Of a DNA stretch of 64,000 nucleotides, positions 35,344 through 44,934 are shown in pieces. A model generated the notes under the pieces. That model did no database searches. It saw only the letters and a list, made by a program, of their open reading frames with translations, and had not been told where the DNA came from. Position numbers and translations under genes: made by a program. Within the stretch, counting starts at the first letter, position 1. Each line of letters opens with the position of its first letter. This stretch comes from a virus. The stretch covers positions 9,028-73,027 of the IMG/VR virus record IMGVR_UViG_3300021961_000068. One strand, 5' to 3'.

Positions 35344-37554
35344 CTACCCCTCGTTGAATCCGAAACGGAGACGGCAACGGCAGTTAAAAGTGAGTGCGGG
35401 TGGGGCTATCGGGTCGCCAGGAAAACGCAACACCATTCCGTCAACAACAAACCCATCACCAAAATCTACTGTTTTCCCTTCAAGAAATTTATGCGCAGTA
35501 CGAACACGAGAATCTTTTCGGGTTAGCCAAGTCTTAGTAAAATTACCTGTGCTGTCTTTGCCTGCCAAATATACGCCCCCGTTATAGGAAGACTGTGCTT
35601 CATGTTCGGCAATGTCTCGTTTACGCTTGGAAATAAGTTTCAAGAATATTGCGATTAAAGCCAGACGTAGAAGAACTGATCTTTCTTCTTGATTTTCTTC
35701 CATCAACGCTACAGCAATAGCCGCGGCAATTTCCGCTCCTGTACTTGTATTGGCTTCTTGCACCCTTGCAACTTGTTGTTGGGCGAGTTTCTCAACTTCT
35801 TGAGGATTAAGGGATACCTGCTCGCTAGTTCTAGAAGCAACATATTCTTTTGCATCTTGATAGATGGCAACGATTATTGGTTCCAAATCATCTGCAAGTT
35901 GTTTGTTCCAAACCTCAGGGTCAAAGACCATGTCTACAGTCAGAGCACCGCTTGTCAACGCTTTCATTCCTCGTTTACCAAATGCTTTCTCCATGACGAC
36001 TCTTTGTTGTCTCTCAAATAGTCGTTCAAGGGCGCGGTCAAGAATCTCAGTCCATCTTTCGGTGTCTGTGTCCGCTTTGGTTTCAAGGTCGTTGAGAAAC
36101 TTGAGTTGCATTTCGCTCTGAATCTTTTCAAACTCAGAGAGTTGTTGATCAGGTGTGAGAGCCGCTGTTTCTGTTGGTGCTTCCGCTGGTAGGTCTGGCG
36201 CAGGTACTGGCGCTGGCGGTGCGGGTTGTGGCATTTCCATAGCACCTTCTTGTGGTGGGAGACCACCGGGGACAGCGTTTGGATCAACACCCGCCATATC
36301 AACTGGCTGTTGTTCTTCAGGTTTAAACGGTTTCTCTGTGTTGGCAATAGGTGTGAGGTTCGGGTTAGACAGAAGACTGTCAGCGAGTTCGGACTCAACC
36401 TTTTTACGACCTGTTGCGTTTCGGTATTCGTTAAGGCTGATCAAGCCTTGCTGAAATTCGTCCATGACATAGCGTTCACGTTCTTGTTTGGCGAGAATAA
36501 GAATTGGAATATCGTCAGTATCAAAGTCAACATAATATTTATCGTCAAGTTCATCAAGCGCCCGAGCAAGAGTGTGAAGATGAGGTGCCATTGTTTCCAT
36601 CCAAAACACTCTTAATTCTTCAGAAGCGTTCGCAAAAGTTCTGCCAGCGGCGTTACCTATAACTGATTCAGGAACACCGAACGCGGCGAAGATTTCATTC
36701 TTTTGTATTTCACGCATCTGTGTATAAGCGGCGTCTCTTGGTGACGCGGAAGTATCCACATAGTCAACTCCTGCTTCTGAAGCAATAACTGTCGTAGAAC
36801 CTGTTTTGGAAAGGTTGCCACGAAAACGGTTTTTTAACTCTTGTTTGTCATCGTCTTCCATGTCGCCACGAACAACAAGTAACCCGCCAGGTCGTCCATC
36901 ATTTAGAAGATAGTTGCGGTTATAAAGTTTTGACAAAGTTTCTAATTCAATCGCTATACCAGCAGATTCCATTGGGGTCATTGAAAGGTATGGATCTAGC
37001 GGATGTGGTCTACGGATCCAACAAACATCTTCTGGTTTGAGGGTAAATTTTGTGCCGTTACGCATATCTACTTCAAAACCTGACACAAATTTTTTCGGGT
37101 CAGGAAGCGGAGCAGTAAATTGAGGAGGAAGAAGTTGTAGGGCAATAATTTTGCCGTCACGAGAACGAACCTTCTCAATGAAAACACCTCTTGTACTCAT
37201 CAAAAGTTGTGCTGAAATTCTGTACCTAAAAGCAAAAGAATTTTCGCCCTCATTTGATTTTGAGTTAAAAATTTCTAGCAACGATTCGTTACTTTTAGTT
37301 TTTTCCCCACGTTGGTCGTTGCCTTTTCTTAAAATTACAGGGAGTCGGGCTTGGTTTCCTGCGATTGCATCGATACACCGAAAAACCCAAGTAACTTTTT
37401 GCATACCGTCTCGGTACGCACGCTCAATATCCCAACCATCTTTATACGGTTTTCCTGCCCGTTGAGTATCAAACGCAATAGGGGCGCCAGGATTGGACAT
37501 CGCTTTTTCACTGATGTTCCTAAGATCTTTATTGTTATTACTGTTCCAAGCCAT
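35344..37554 (-). CDS. HK97-type portal protein fused to a C-terminal MuF (phage Mu F) domain
   Basis: VFRCIDAIA, SMTPM, FGVPESVIG, TFANASE, GLISLNEYR; C-terminal KTWLTRKDSRVRTAH...FPGDP...NCRC. Confidence 0.9.
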   Translation of the reverse strand: MAWNSNNNKDLRNISEKAMSNPGAPIAFDTQRAGKPYKDGWDIERAYRDGMQKVTWVFRCIDAIAGNQARLPVILRKGNDQRGEKTKSNESLLEIFNSKSNEGENSFAFRYRISAQLLMSTRGVFIEKVRSRDGKIIALQLLPPQFTAPLPDPKKFVSGFEVDMRNGTKFTLKPEDVCWIRRPHPLDPYLSMTPMESAGIAIELETLSKLYNRNYLLNDGRPGGLLVVRGDMEDDDKQELKNRFRGNLSKTGSTTVIASEAGVDYVDTSASPRDAAYTQMREIQKNEIFAAFGVPESVIGNAAGRTFANASEELRVFWMETMAPHLHTLARALDELDDKYYVDFDTDDIPILILAKQERERYVMDEFQQGLISLNEYRNATGRKKVESELADSLLSNPNLTPIANTEKPFKPEEQQPVDMAGVDPNAVPGGLPPQEGAMEMPQPAPPAPVPAPDLPAEAPTETAALTPDQQLSEFEKIQSEMQLKFLNDLETKADTDTERWTEILDRALERLFERQQRVVMEKAFGKRGMKALTSGALTVDMVFDPEVWNKQLADDLEPIIVAIYQDAKEYVASRTSEQVSLNPQEVEKLAQQQVARVQEANTSTGAEIAAAIAVALMEENQEERSVLLRLALIAIFLKLISKRKRDIAEHEAQSSYNGGVYLAGKDSTGNFTKTWLTRKDSRVRTAHKFLEGKTVDFGDGFVVDGMVLRFPGDPIAPPALTFNCRCRLRFGFNEG

Positions 37555-37742
37555 TATTCAGATCCCAACAGATACCCATAGATTCCGCAAGCAATACCAC
37601 CAGTAATAAATCCCGCAGGCGGAAATATAAGACCAGTACCTAACGCAACGCCTACGACGAATAGAAACATCAGACAGTTTGCAAGGTTGCGGCGTGTGGC
37701 GAATAACTTAAGTTTGCGATAAATATCCATTGAGACCGTCAC
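37554..37742 (-). CDS. small membrane protein upstream of the portal
   Basis: Two hydrophobic segments; coupled to portal. Confidence 0.65.
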   Translation of the reverse strand: MTVSMDIYRKLKLFATRRNLANCLMFLFVVGVALGTGLIFPPAGFITGGIACGIYGYLLGSE

Positions 37743-37804
37743 CTTAGCAAATGAAAGACCTATTTAATACTACATTATGTATCTACCTATTTTTACGAGG
37801 GCTA

Positions 37805-39109
37805 ATGGCTGACTGGGATAAAATTTACGAATACCTTCAACCGAAGGAACCTTTGTTTTGTCCTGAGGAAGCATCGTTGACTCAAAAAGTTTTTTTGAGA
37901 AGTTATTCACTTGAAGGTCTTTTTGGTGGGGCGGCTGGCGGAGGTAAGTCTTCTGCGTTGTTGATGTCTGCTTTGCAGTATGTAGATGTACCTAATTATT
38001 CAGCCATTTTGTTCCGTCGCACATATGCGGACTTGGCTTTGCCTGGTGCGCTAATGGATCGTTTCCGTGGTTGGGTTTCGGCATACGAAGATGTTCATTG
38101 GAACGCCAATAGTTATGTTGCAACATTCCCATCTGGTGCCCGTGTTTCGTTTGGATATCTAAATAACACAAACGACTACCTGAGATATAAAGGCTCGGAG
38201 TTTCAGTTTATTGGCATGGACGAGGTGACAGAAATCCGTGAGAATGATTACAGGTATATGTTTTCTCGTTTGCGCCGACCTGCTTCTGGTCCTCTTTCTA
38301 AGGTTCCCCTACGAATGCGTTCAGCCTCTAACCCTGCCCCTAACTGGGTTCGGCAGAGATTTATTGTGGAAGGCAAAAATGAGCAGCGATTTTTTGTACC
38401 TTCATTTTTAACTGATAACCCAGGAATTGATGCCGAGTCATATCGTCAGGCATTGTCCGTCCTTGACCCTGTTGAGCGCCGAAGGCTTGAATTTGGTGAC
38501 TGGTGGGCAACCACTCTTGGAACATTGTTTGACAGAACTGACTTCCCGATTATTGATGGAGCAGACGTCCCAACAATCACTAGCGCTGCTCGTGCCGTAA
38601 GGTATTGGGACTTGGCGGCTACAGAACCGCACTCAGGTAATACCGACCCTGACTGGACGGTGGGAACATTAATGCTTTTTGACCAAGGAATTGCCTACAT
38701 TATGGATGTTCGCAAGATTAGGGCAAAATCAGACAAAGTAGAAACCTTTATTTCGCAGACCGCTCAAGAAGACGGCAAAGCCGTGGCTATCCGAATGGAG
38801 CAGGAACCGGGTTCTTCAGGTAAAGCATTGATAGACCAATATGCAAGATACGTCGTGCCGGGTTGGGATTTGGAGGGAATTCGTTCATCAGGCGATAAAC
38901 AAACCCGAGCGAGACCATTTGCCGCGGCTGTTGCTAACGGCAATGTGCGTTTAGTGCGTGGGAAATGGATTACTGACTGGTTGGATGAAATATCTTCGTT
39001 TCCCGAGGCTTGTAATCATGATGACCAAGTGGACTCGGCGGTTGGAGCATTTACTTTTTTAACTGGTTTAGGGTTGCCTCAAAGGAAAAGAGCCACTATC
39101 ATCGTCTAG
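37805..39109 (+). CDS. terL: terminase large subunit
   Basis: Walker A GGAAGGGKS, Walker B IGMDE, SASNP, nuclease RYWDLA and HDDQVDS; GAGG RBS before ATG 37805. Confidence 0.92.
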   Translation: MADWDKIYEYLQPKEPLFCPEEASLTQKVFLRSYSLEGLFGGAAGGGKSSALLMSALQYVDVPNYSAILFRRTYADLALPGALMDRFRGWVSAYEDVHWNANSYVATFPSGARVSFGYLNNTNDYLRYKGSEFQFIGMDEVTEIRENDYRYMFSRLRRPASGPLSKVPLRMRSASNPAPNWVRQRFIVEGKNEQRFFVPSFLTDNPGIDAESYRQALSVLDPVERRRLEFGDWWATTLGTLFDRTDFPIIDGADVPTITSAARAVRYWDLAATEPHSGNTDPDWTVGTLMLFDQGIAYIMDVRKIRAKSDKVETFISQTAQEDGKAVAIRMEQEPGSSGKALIDQYARYVVPGWDLEGIRSSGDKQTRARPFAAAVANGNVRLVRGKWITDWLDEISSFPEACNHDDQVDSAVGAFTFLTGLGLPQRKRATIIV

Positions 39110-39146
39110 GTAAACCTATACCACTATTGCCGAGAGGATTAAACTA

Positions 39147-39398
39147 ATGAATAAAACGTATAAATCCCCAACCAAAACGCAGTTAAAAACTGCAACTAAT
39201 CAAAGCAAAGATGTAATTGCTGAATGGGTGAAAAAGTCAAGAAAAAATCTTGAACTAAGCCAAGAGGGTTTAGCAGAAATTGCAGGCATTGATCGCAAGA
39301 CTATTAACCGAATTGAGAACGGTCACTTTTCTCCAAGCATTGAAACCTTGGTCAGAATTTCTGTTTCACTTAACTCCAAAATTCCTTCACTTGTATGA
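39147..39398 (+). CDS. XRE-family HTH regulator
   Basis: LSQEGLAEIAGIDRKTINRIENGHFSPSIETL. Confidence 0.9.
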   Translation: MNKTYKSPTKTQLKTATNQSKDVIAEWVKKSRKNLELSQEGLAEIAGIDRKTINRIENGHFSPSIETLVRISVSLNSKIPSLV

Positions 39399-39907
39399 GC
39401 GAATTCCCTTTTAAAAATGTTGACAGGCTTAAGCCTTTCCTTGAATTTCGTAAAGCGTTAATGGCGGTAGAAGAAAGCGCTTTACAAAATTTAGAAACAG
39501 ACGATGAGCAACTATGGTATGACACCCTTGTCTTGCTTCACTCAATCAAAGGTGATGTTGCTTCTATGTTTACGCAATATTCAAACCTGTTCGCAAACAA
39601 AATTGAGACCGATGAAGCAACAGCATCTAACGGTCAAAAGATTGAGAAGAAATCGGCGTTTGATCGCAAAGGATGGAAGCACGAAGATCTTGCTTCTGAG
39701 GTTTTACGGAGACTCAATGATTTGTCTGTTGATATGGATACGGGCGAAGTTGTCATGTCAGCCAATGAGGTTGCTATGAAACTTCTTGACTATGTACAAC
39801 CTTCTTATTGGCGCATAAAAGAGTTGTCAAAACTAGGTATCAATGCAGATCAATACTGTGAAGTAGGCGAACTTAAAACAAGCATCATCGTAAGAAAGGA
39901 ACAATAA
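39395..39907 (+). CDS. hypothetical protein
   Basis: 170-aa coupled ORF. Confidence 0.7.
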   Translation: MSEFPFKNVDRLKPFLEFRKALMAVEESALQNLETDDEQLWYDTLVLLHSIKGDVASMFTQYSNLFANKIETDEATASNGQKIEKKSAFDRKGWKHEDLASEVLRRLNDLSVDMDTGEVVMSANEVAMKLLDYVQPSYWRIKELSKLGINADQYCEVGELKTSIIVRKEQ

Positions 39908-40602
39908 TGAATAACATTTATTCACAACTCACAGAATCTTTTCCACCCGAAATGGAAAAACGCCTCAACAAAGGTGGCGCGAACTTGGTCTATGTGCCAA
40001 TTAGTGAGGTCATCAACCGTATGAATAAAGTTCTCGGCGTGGAAAATTGGTCGTTCACTGTCAAAAATTGGCAACAACTTGGAACATCAATCGTTGCCCA
40101 AGTTTCTGTCGTCGCAACTATTGAAGGCAATACCGTTACCCGTGATGGTGTTGGCGGACAAAAAATTAAAATGTCCAAAAATGGTGACCCTGTTGATATT
40201 GGGGACGAAGTTAAAGGCGCTGTTTCGGACGCTTTGAAGAAAGCGGTTCAGACTCTTGGCATTTGCTTGTATCTTGCCCGCTCAGAAGAAGCAATTGAAA
40301 TAGAGCAAGCAATGGAAGCCACTGCGGTTGTATCTTTAGCGCCTGTTGTCTCTCCTAAATATGCGCAGTTCAAAACATTACTTGAAGCCAAAGATGAAAA
40401 TAAAGCAAAGATTAAAAGTTTTTGGTCTAACTATGGCGGAGGTCGCCCTGTTCCTAAACCATCAGAGTTCACCGAAGAAGAACTTGATGTGCTTATTACA
40501 GAACTAATTTCTTACCAGTTTGAAGGATCAGTTGTCGTGGAAACGCCGACACCTAAAAAGACCAAATCTCCCGAGATGCCACCTCGCAAAGATATTGACT
40601 AG
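39907..40602 (+). CDS. Rad52/Sak-like single-strand annealing protein
   Basis: LVYVPISEVINRMNKVLGVENWS...KGAVSDALKKAVQTLGICLYL. Confidence 0.85.
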   Translation: MNNIYSQLTESFPPEMEKRLNKGGANLVYVPISEVINRMNKVLGVENWSFTVKNWQQLGTSIVAQVSVVATIEGNTVTRDGVGGQKIKMSKNGDPVDIGDEVKGAVSDALKKAVQTLGICLYLARSEEAIEIEQAMEATAVVSLAPVVSPKYAQFKTLLEAKDENKAKIKSFWSNYGGGRPVPKPSEFTEEELDVLITELISYQFEGSVVVETPTPKKTKSPEMPPRKDID

Positions 40603-40603
40603 T

Positions 40604-41368
40604 GTGCTCAATGCCCCTGAATATCTCTCACCGAGTTCAATAAGCACATTTCAGCAATGTCCGTATAAGTACAAACTTTCTCGGATTGATGGGCTTAAAG
40701 AACCTGCAACAGAGCATACATTGCTCGGCAATTATGTGCATTCCATTTTGGAAGAGTTCTACCGTCTTGATGCATCACAGCGGACAGTGTTAGGTGCTCG
40801 GACTTTATTTCGTTCTATTTGGGATAACTATTCTGAAGAAGTCATCAATATTTATCGTGGTAACAAAACTCGTATCAATGAATTTAGGTTAAGGGCGCGT
40901 TACTGCATAGAAAACCTTATGGCGATGGAACCGTCTGATGCAATTGAGTTTGACGGTATTGAGACAGAACTAAATCACTCCGTGCTTGGCGTTCAAATCA
41001 AAGGTTTTATTGACAGATGGGTAGTCAAAGAAGGAAAAATAAATATTGGAGATTACAAAACAGGCAAAGTTCCTCAGTTGCGATTCCGAGATGACAAATT
41101 TGACCAACTACTTATTTATGCGGTTATCTTGTCCGAAATTGAAGAGAAGGAGATTGGTACCTTAGAGTTGCTCTACATTAAAGACGGGGTTAAACTAACC
41201 AAGGATCCAACTCAAGAAGATGTAAATAGAATAAAAACAATGTTAGTGGAAGTAAGAAGCGCCATAGATGAACGATGCCAAACGGAAGTTTTTGAAACCA
41301 AAGTCGGTGTATTGTGCGGATGGTGTCACTTTAAACCTATATGTCCTGCATGGAGTAAAAAGAAATGA
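40604..41368 (+). CDS. RecB/Cas4-like PD-(D/E)XK exonuclease
   Basis: LSPSSI...CP, GNYVHSILE, GFIDR, DYKTG, QLLIY, CGWCHFKPIC; exact start uncertain. Confidence 0.88.
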   Translation: MLNAPEYLSPSSISTFQQCPYKYKLSRIDGLKEPATEHTLLGNYVHSILEEFYRLDASQRTVLGARTLFRSIWDNYSEEVINIYRGNKTRINEFRLRARYCIENLMAMEPSDAIEFDGIETELNHSVLGVQIKGFIDRWVVKEGKINIGDYKTGKVPQLRFRDDKFDQLLIYAVILSEIEEKEIGTLELLYIKDGVKLTKDPTQEDVNRIKTMLVEVRSAIDERCQTEVFETKVGVLCGWCHFKPICPAWSKKK

Positions 41369-41874
41369 ACGACGAAGCATTCTCGCGACTTGTCGCAGAA
41401 GAAGTAAAAAACAAAGCATCCGAAGCACAAAAAAAATATTTGTCAATGCCTGAAAATCTAGATAGATGGAAGCGGGCGTTGCAGTATCTCGCCACAAACC
41501 TTGAAGAACAAATCAAAGAAATTGATCGTCAAGAAAAATTACGCTCAATTCAATATAAGAGTTTAGGTGAGGAAGGCGACCTTTTGCTCGCCGAGGCTTC
41601 AGCAAACTCTGGTGTACGTAGATCAAAAATTGACAGGTTCAGATTTTTTGTGTCAGCCAAACTTGATGAAGTTTCAAGGATGGTTGCATCTGTTTCTGAT
41701 GATGGTTCTTCAGATGATTTTCATCGTAAAGCAATAAAAAAGTGGTGGTCTCTAATGCAAGAATTTGAGATGGAACCAACACGAATAGACCATGCGCTTT
41801 ATGCGTCGCTAGATGGCAAATGGGAGTTTGACGAACTTAGCCTAGAAAACAACTTTGACGATTTTGAAGACTAG
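41365..41874 (+). CDS. hypothetical protein
   Basis: 169-aa coupled ORF. Confidence 0.7.
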   Translation: MNDEAFSRLVAEEVKNKASEAQKKYLSMPENLDRWKRALQYLATNLEEQIKEIDRQEKLRSIQYKSLGEEGDLLLAEASANSGVRRSKIDRFRFFVSAKLDEVSRMVASVSDDGSSDDFHRKAIKKWWSLMQEFEMEPTRIDHALYASLDGKWEFDELSLENNFDDFED

Positions 41875-41885
41875 GAAATTGTCTT

Positions 41886-43019
41886 TTGACCCGTCAACGA
41901 CTGTTCCTTGACACATCGTGTGTTGATGCGGCAAGAGAACGGCTACGCCATGTCTACAACACTTTTGACACTGTCTGCTACCAATTTTCTGGAGGGAAGG
42001 ACAGCACAGCCATAATTTATTTGGCTAAAGAAATACACGAAGAAAGAAACCTTGGAAAAGTAAAAGTTATTTTTCGTGACGAAGAAATGGTTAGCCCTGC
42101 CGTAATCAGATTTGTTGAAAAAGTTCGGCAATACGATTGGGTTGACATGGAATGGTATTGCCTTCCATCGGGTCAAGAGATTTGGGTTTTAGGTAGACGA
42201 GAATATGTTTTGTTGTGGTCACCCCAACGACGAGAAGATGGTCGTTTAATAAGAGAAATGCCTGAGTGGGCTATTAAGGCGGAACATTTTGGTTTAGATC
42301 CGTCTAAACCCTGTCCGAATCTTGTTGATTATTACACCATGCAAGGCAAAAAAGGTAGAACTGCCTTCGTTATGGGTGTTAGAGCAAACGAGTCAATGGT
42401 TAGGTATCGGTCGTGTGTTCAAAAACTTCACGAAAATTATATTGTTTCCCCGTTCCTACTGCAAAAATCTATTCCATTAAAATTTGCAAAAGTTATTTAC
42501 GATTGGACAACTGAAGACGTTCTCAAATTCATTATTGACGAACACAAAGCCGAGTATTGCGAATATTATGACTTGGCTGAATTAACTGGAAGCAATAGTC
42601 GTGTTGGGATACCGCTTCACTCAGTTGCAATTCGGAGAATAGGTGATGTTGTTGCAACCGAACCAGAGTTCTACGACCAACTTGTTCGTTGTTTCCCGCA
42701 GATAGACGCACAACGAAGATACTGGGCGGATTTCAACATTGAGACACTCATTTTAAATTATGCGGTCAATGGGTGGGATGGTGTTTCTGAGTGCATAGAT
42801 GACCACATGCTGACGCCAGGTATCCGCTTAGACGCACTAAAATTTGCTTCCGCGTTTCGCAAAAAACGTGCCGTAGATCCTCACGGGTTCCCCTTGGAGT
42901 ATCTAATAAGAACTTTGATGTTAAATGAATTCCATCAGTCAACACCAACACCCGTAGGACCCAAAACAAGAGCGCACACAATGAGGCTTAAAGCCATAGA
43001 GGCTGGAGAGGATTACTAA
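41886..43019 (+). CDS. PAPS-reductase-family PP-loop protein (IbrA-like)
   Basis: FSGGKDS PP-loop, FRDEE, GVRANES, IYDWTTEDV. Confidence 0.85.
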   Translation: MTRQRLFLDTSCVDAARERLRHVYNTFDTVCYQFSGGKDSTAIIYLAKEIHEERNLGKVKVIFRDEEMVSPAVIRFVEKVRQYDWVDMEWYCLPSGQEIWVLGRREYVLLWSPQRREDGRLIREMPEWAIKAEHFGLDPSKPCPNLVDYYTMQGKKGRTAFVMGVRANESMVRYRSCVQKLHENYIVSPFLLQKSIPLKFAKVIYDWTTEDVLKFIIDEHKAEYCEYYDLAELTGSNSRVGIPLHSVAIRRIGDVVATEPEFYDQLVRCFPQIDAQRRYWADFNIETLILNYAVNGWDGVSECIDDHMLTPGIRLDALKFASAFRKKRAVDPHGFPLEYLIRTLMLNEFHQSTPTPVGPKTRAHTMRLKAIEAGEDY

Positions 43020-43021
43020 CT

Positions 43022-43570
43022 ATGAAAATTGTTGATGTAAGTAATAAGGTTTTAAAAATATCCCCATGGGGGGCAACAAGTATTTTACGACCTGAAAAGA
43101 TGTTATTGAGGGTCTCTTTGTTGGAACACGGTTGGCTTCAACCGCTTGTTGTGAGATCGTCAGACAACACAATCATTGACGGTTATCAGCGTTATCTTAT
43201 TTCTGTGGACGAAGACAAGTTTGTGAAGAAGCACGGGAGTTCTATCCCTGTTCTATATCAGGATGTGGATGAAATTGATGCAATGGTTCTCCATGTGAGA
43301 TTGAACAGGGCTAAGGGTTCGGTCAACTCTTACGCTTTAAGTAGGCTGATTAAAAGAATAATTTCGTCAAATAAATATGATGAAAACGACTTGGCTAATT
43401 TGTTTTTAATGCATGACGACGAAATAGACCTTCTCATGTCTGATGGTTTATTAAAGAAAAAGAATTGGCAGAAGTACGAGTATTCTCGTGCTTGGGTTCC
43501 GATTGAGGTAGCCAAACCCGCATCGGAGGATTCTATGCAGATTGAGCGACCTCCAAACAAAGATCGTTAG
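43022..43570 (+). CDS. ParB-like protein (IbrB-like)
   Basis: SLLEHGWLQPLVV...IIDGYQR...HVRLNRAKG. Confidence 0.82.
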   Translation: MKIVDVSNKVLKISPWGATSILRPEKMLLRVSLLEHGWLQPLVVRSSDNTIIDGYQRYLISVDEDKFVKKHGSSIPVLYQDVDEIDAMVLHVRLNRAKGSVNSYALSRLIKRIISSNKYDENDLANLFLMHDDEIDLLMSDGLLKKKNWQKYEYSRAWVPIEVAKPASEDSMQIERPPNKDR

Positions 43571-43628
43571 ATATTGCCAATAGATGATATGTGGTAAAAT
43601 TCGGGTAGTCCTTTTCAGGAGAGTACCC

Positions 43629-44039
43629 ATGCCACGACCAAGAATGACGGAAGATGTTGAATTCCGAACAGATGTAGATGCTGACGGCGGTGTTGTTCGT
43701 CGTGCCCGTTTTGTTAGTCGCCCTCGTGTCGTGGGTGGTCGTAGGGTTCCAGGTAATGCAAGATATTACCGCCGTCGTCAAGCACAACTGAACGCAGCAA
43801 GAAGGCAACGCCGTGGTGCTGTCGCTGGTGCCCGTAATGCTGCTCGTCGTGGTCGTGCTGCCGAAAGAACAGCGCGTGGTGCGGGTCGTACGGGTCGTAA
43901 TGCAGGCAATCCAAGAACAGTAACCCCAAGAAGCGCTGGAAGCGCAGGTCGTCGTCGTGGCGGTGTCAGGGGGGCTCTTGCTCGTGTCGCTAGAGGTGTT
44001 GCTGACAGGCTTGAAAGACGCCGCACCCGTCGTCGCTAA
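43629..44039 (+). CDS. extremely Arg-rich, Lys-free basic protein (protamine-like)
   Basis: About 41 Arg in 136 aa by hand count; AGGAG RBS; first gene of the neck/tail operon. Confidence 0.7.
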   Translation: MPRPRMTEDVEFRTDVDADGGVVRRARFVSRPRVVGGRRVPGNARYYRRRQAQLNAARRQRRGAVAGARNAARRGRAAERTARGAGRTGRNAGNPRTVTPRSAGSAGRRRGGVRGALARVARGVADRLERRRTRRR

Positions 44040-44055
44040 CAATCGGAGGTAACCG

Positions 44056-44931
44056 ATGGCTTTAGTGACGGTATCTGATCTAAAGACTTACATGGATATT
44101 AGTTTTTCTAATAGGCAAGAAGACGCTGCCCAATTTGTTATTGATGGTCTTCAAAGCGAGTTGGAAACATATTTGCGCCGACCCATTGAGGTTGCATCAT
44201 TTGTGGAGACTTATGTTCTTGATTCTGACCATGTTGGTTTGCCAATGGGTTCAAGTCTTTTCAACGATGTTTACAACTCCACCGATGTTGACCCTGTTGG
44301 AATTATTACTTACGGCACACCACCTCCAACAATTTATTTAAAGAATTCTCCTGTTATTTCCGTTCAAAGCGTTACCGTCAAAAATCTTTCGGAAGTTCAG
44401 CAAACTTTAGGTGAGGCACTAAAGAGGCAAGCAACAGTTAGTTCAGTAACGGTGTCAGGCTCCAATGCTGTCTACACTGCTTCTAGTCACGGTATGACTG
44501 TTGGTCAGACAGTGTCTATAACGGAGATGTCTAGTAGCGCATTGAATTTAACTTCAAAGGTGATTACTGCTGTTGCGACCAATACGTTCACTGTTGTCCA
44601 GAGTGGTCTCTCAGCAGGAACCTACGCTGAAGCAGGCACTGCAAATGCATACGGTTACGACTACACGGTTCGCACATATGGCATTGATTATTACCGTGGG
44701 TACGCCAACGACAATGTGACCATAACTTACACTGCTGGTTTGGCTGGCGACGGAATCAAAATGTTTAAGTTAATGATTCTTCGCGCTGCGGCTCGTGAAG
44801 TACAAAACATGCACGACGATGTTGTAGGTATTAAAGATCTCGGTGCTCGTGAAGTTGCTTTACAGGAAACAGGTTTCTTGGAAAAAGAATTGATGTCTGT
44901 GAAACGGTGGCGCAGAAACAGGATTGGTTAA
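44056..44931 (+). CDS. head-tail adaptor/connector with inserted beta domain
   Basis: MALVTVSDLKTYM...ELETYLRRP; VTITYTAG; position. Confidence 0.75.
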   Translation: MALVTVSDLKTYMDISFSNRQEDAAQFVIDGLQSELETYLRRPIEVASFVETYVLDSDHVGLPMGSSLFNDVYNSTDVDPVGIITYGTPPPTIYLKNSPVISVQSVTVKNLSEVQQTLGEALKRQATVSSVTVSGSNAVYTASSHGMTVGQTVSITEMSSSALNLTSKVITAVATNTFTVVQSGLSAGTYAEAGTANAYGYDYTVRTYGIDYYRGYANDNVTITYTAGLAGDGIKMFKLMILRAAAREVQNMHDDVVGIKDLGAREVALQETGFLEKELMSVKRWRRNRIG

Positions 44932-44934
44932 ATC

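Noticed and set aside
40604-41368. Cas4-like nuclease as evidence of CRISPR-Cas
   Set aside because: No repeat-spacer array or other cas genes seen; the position next to a Rad52-like annealase fits phage recombination.
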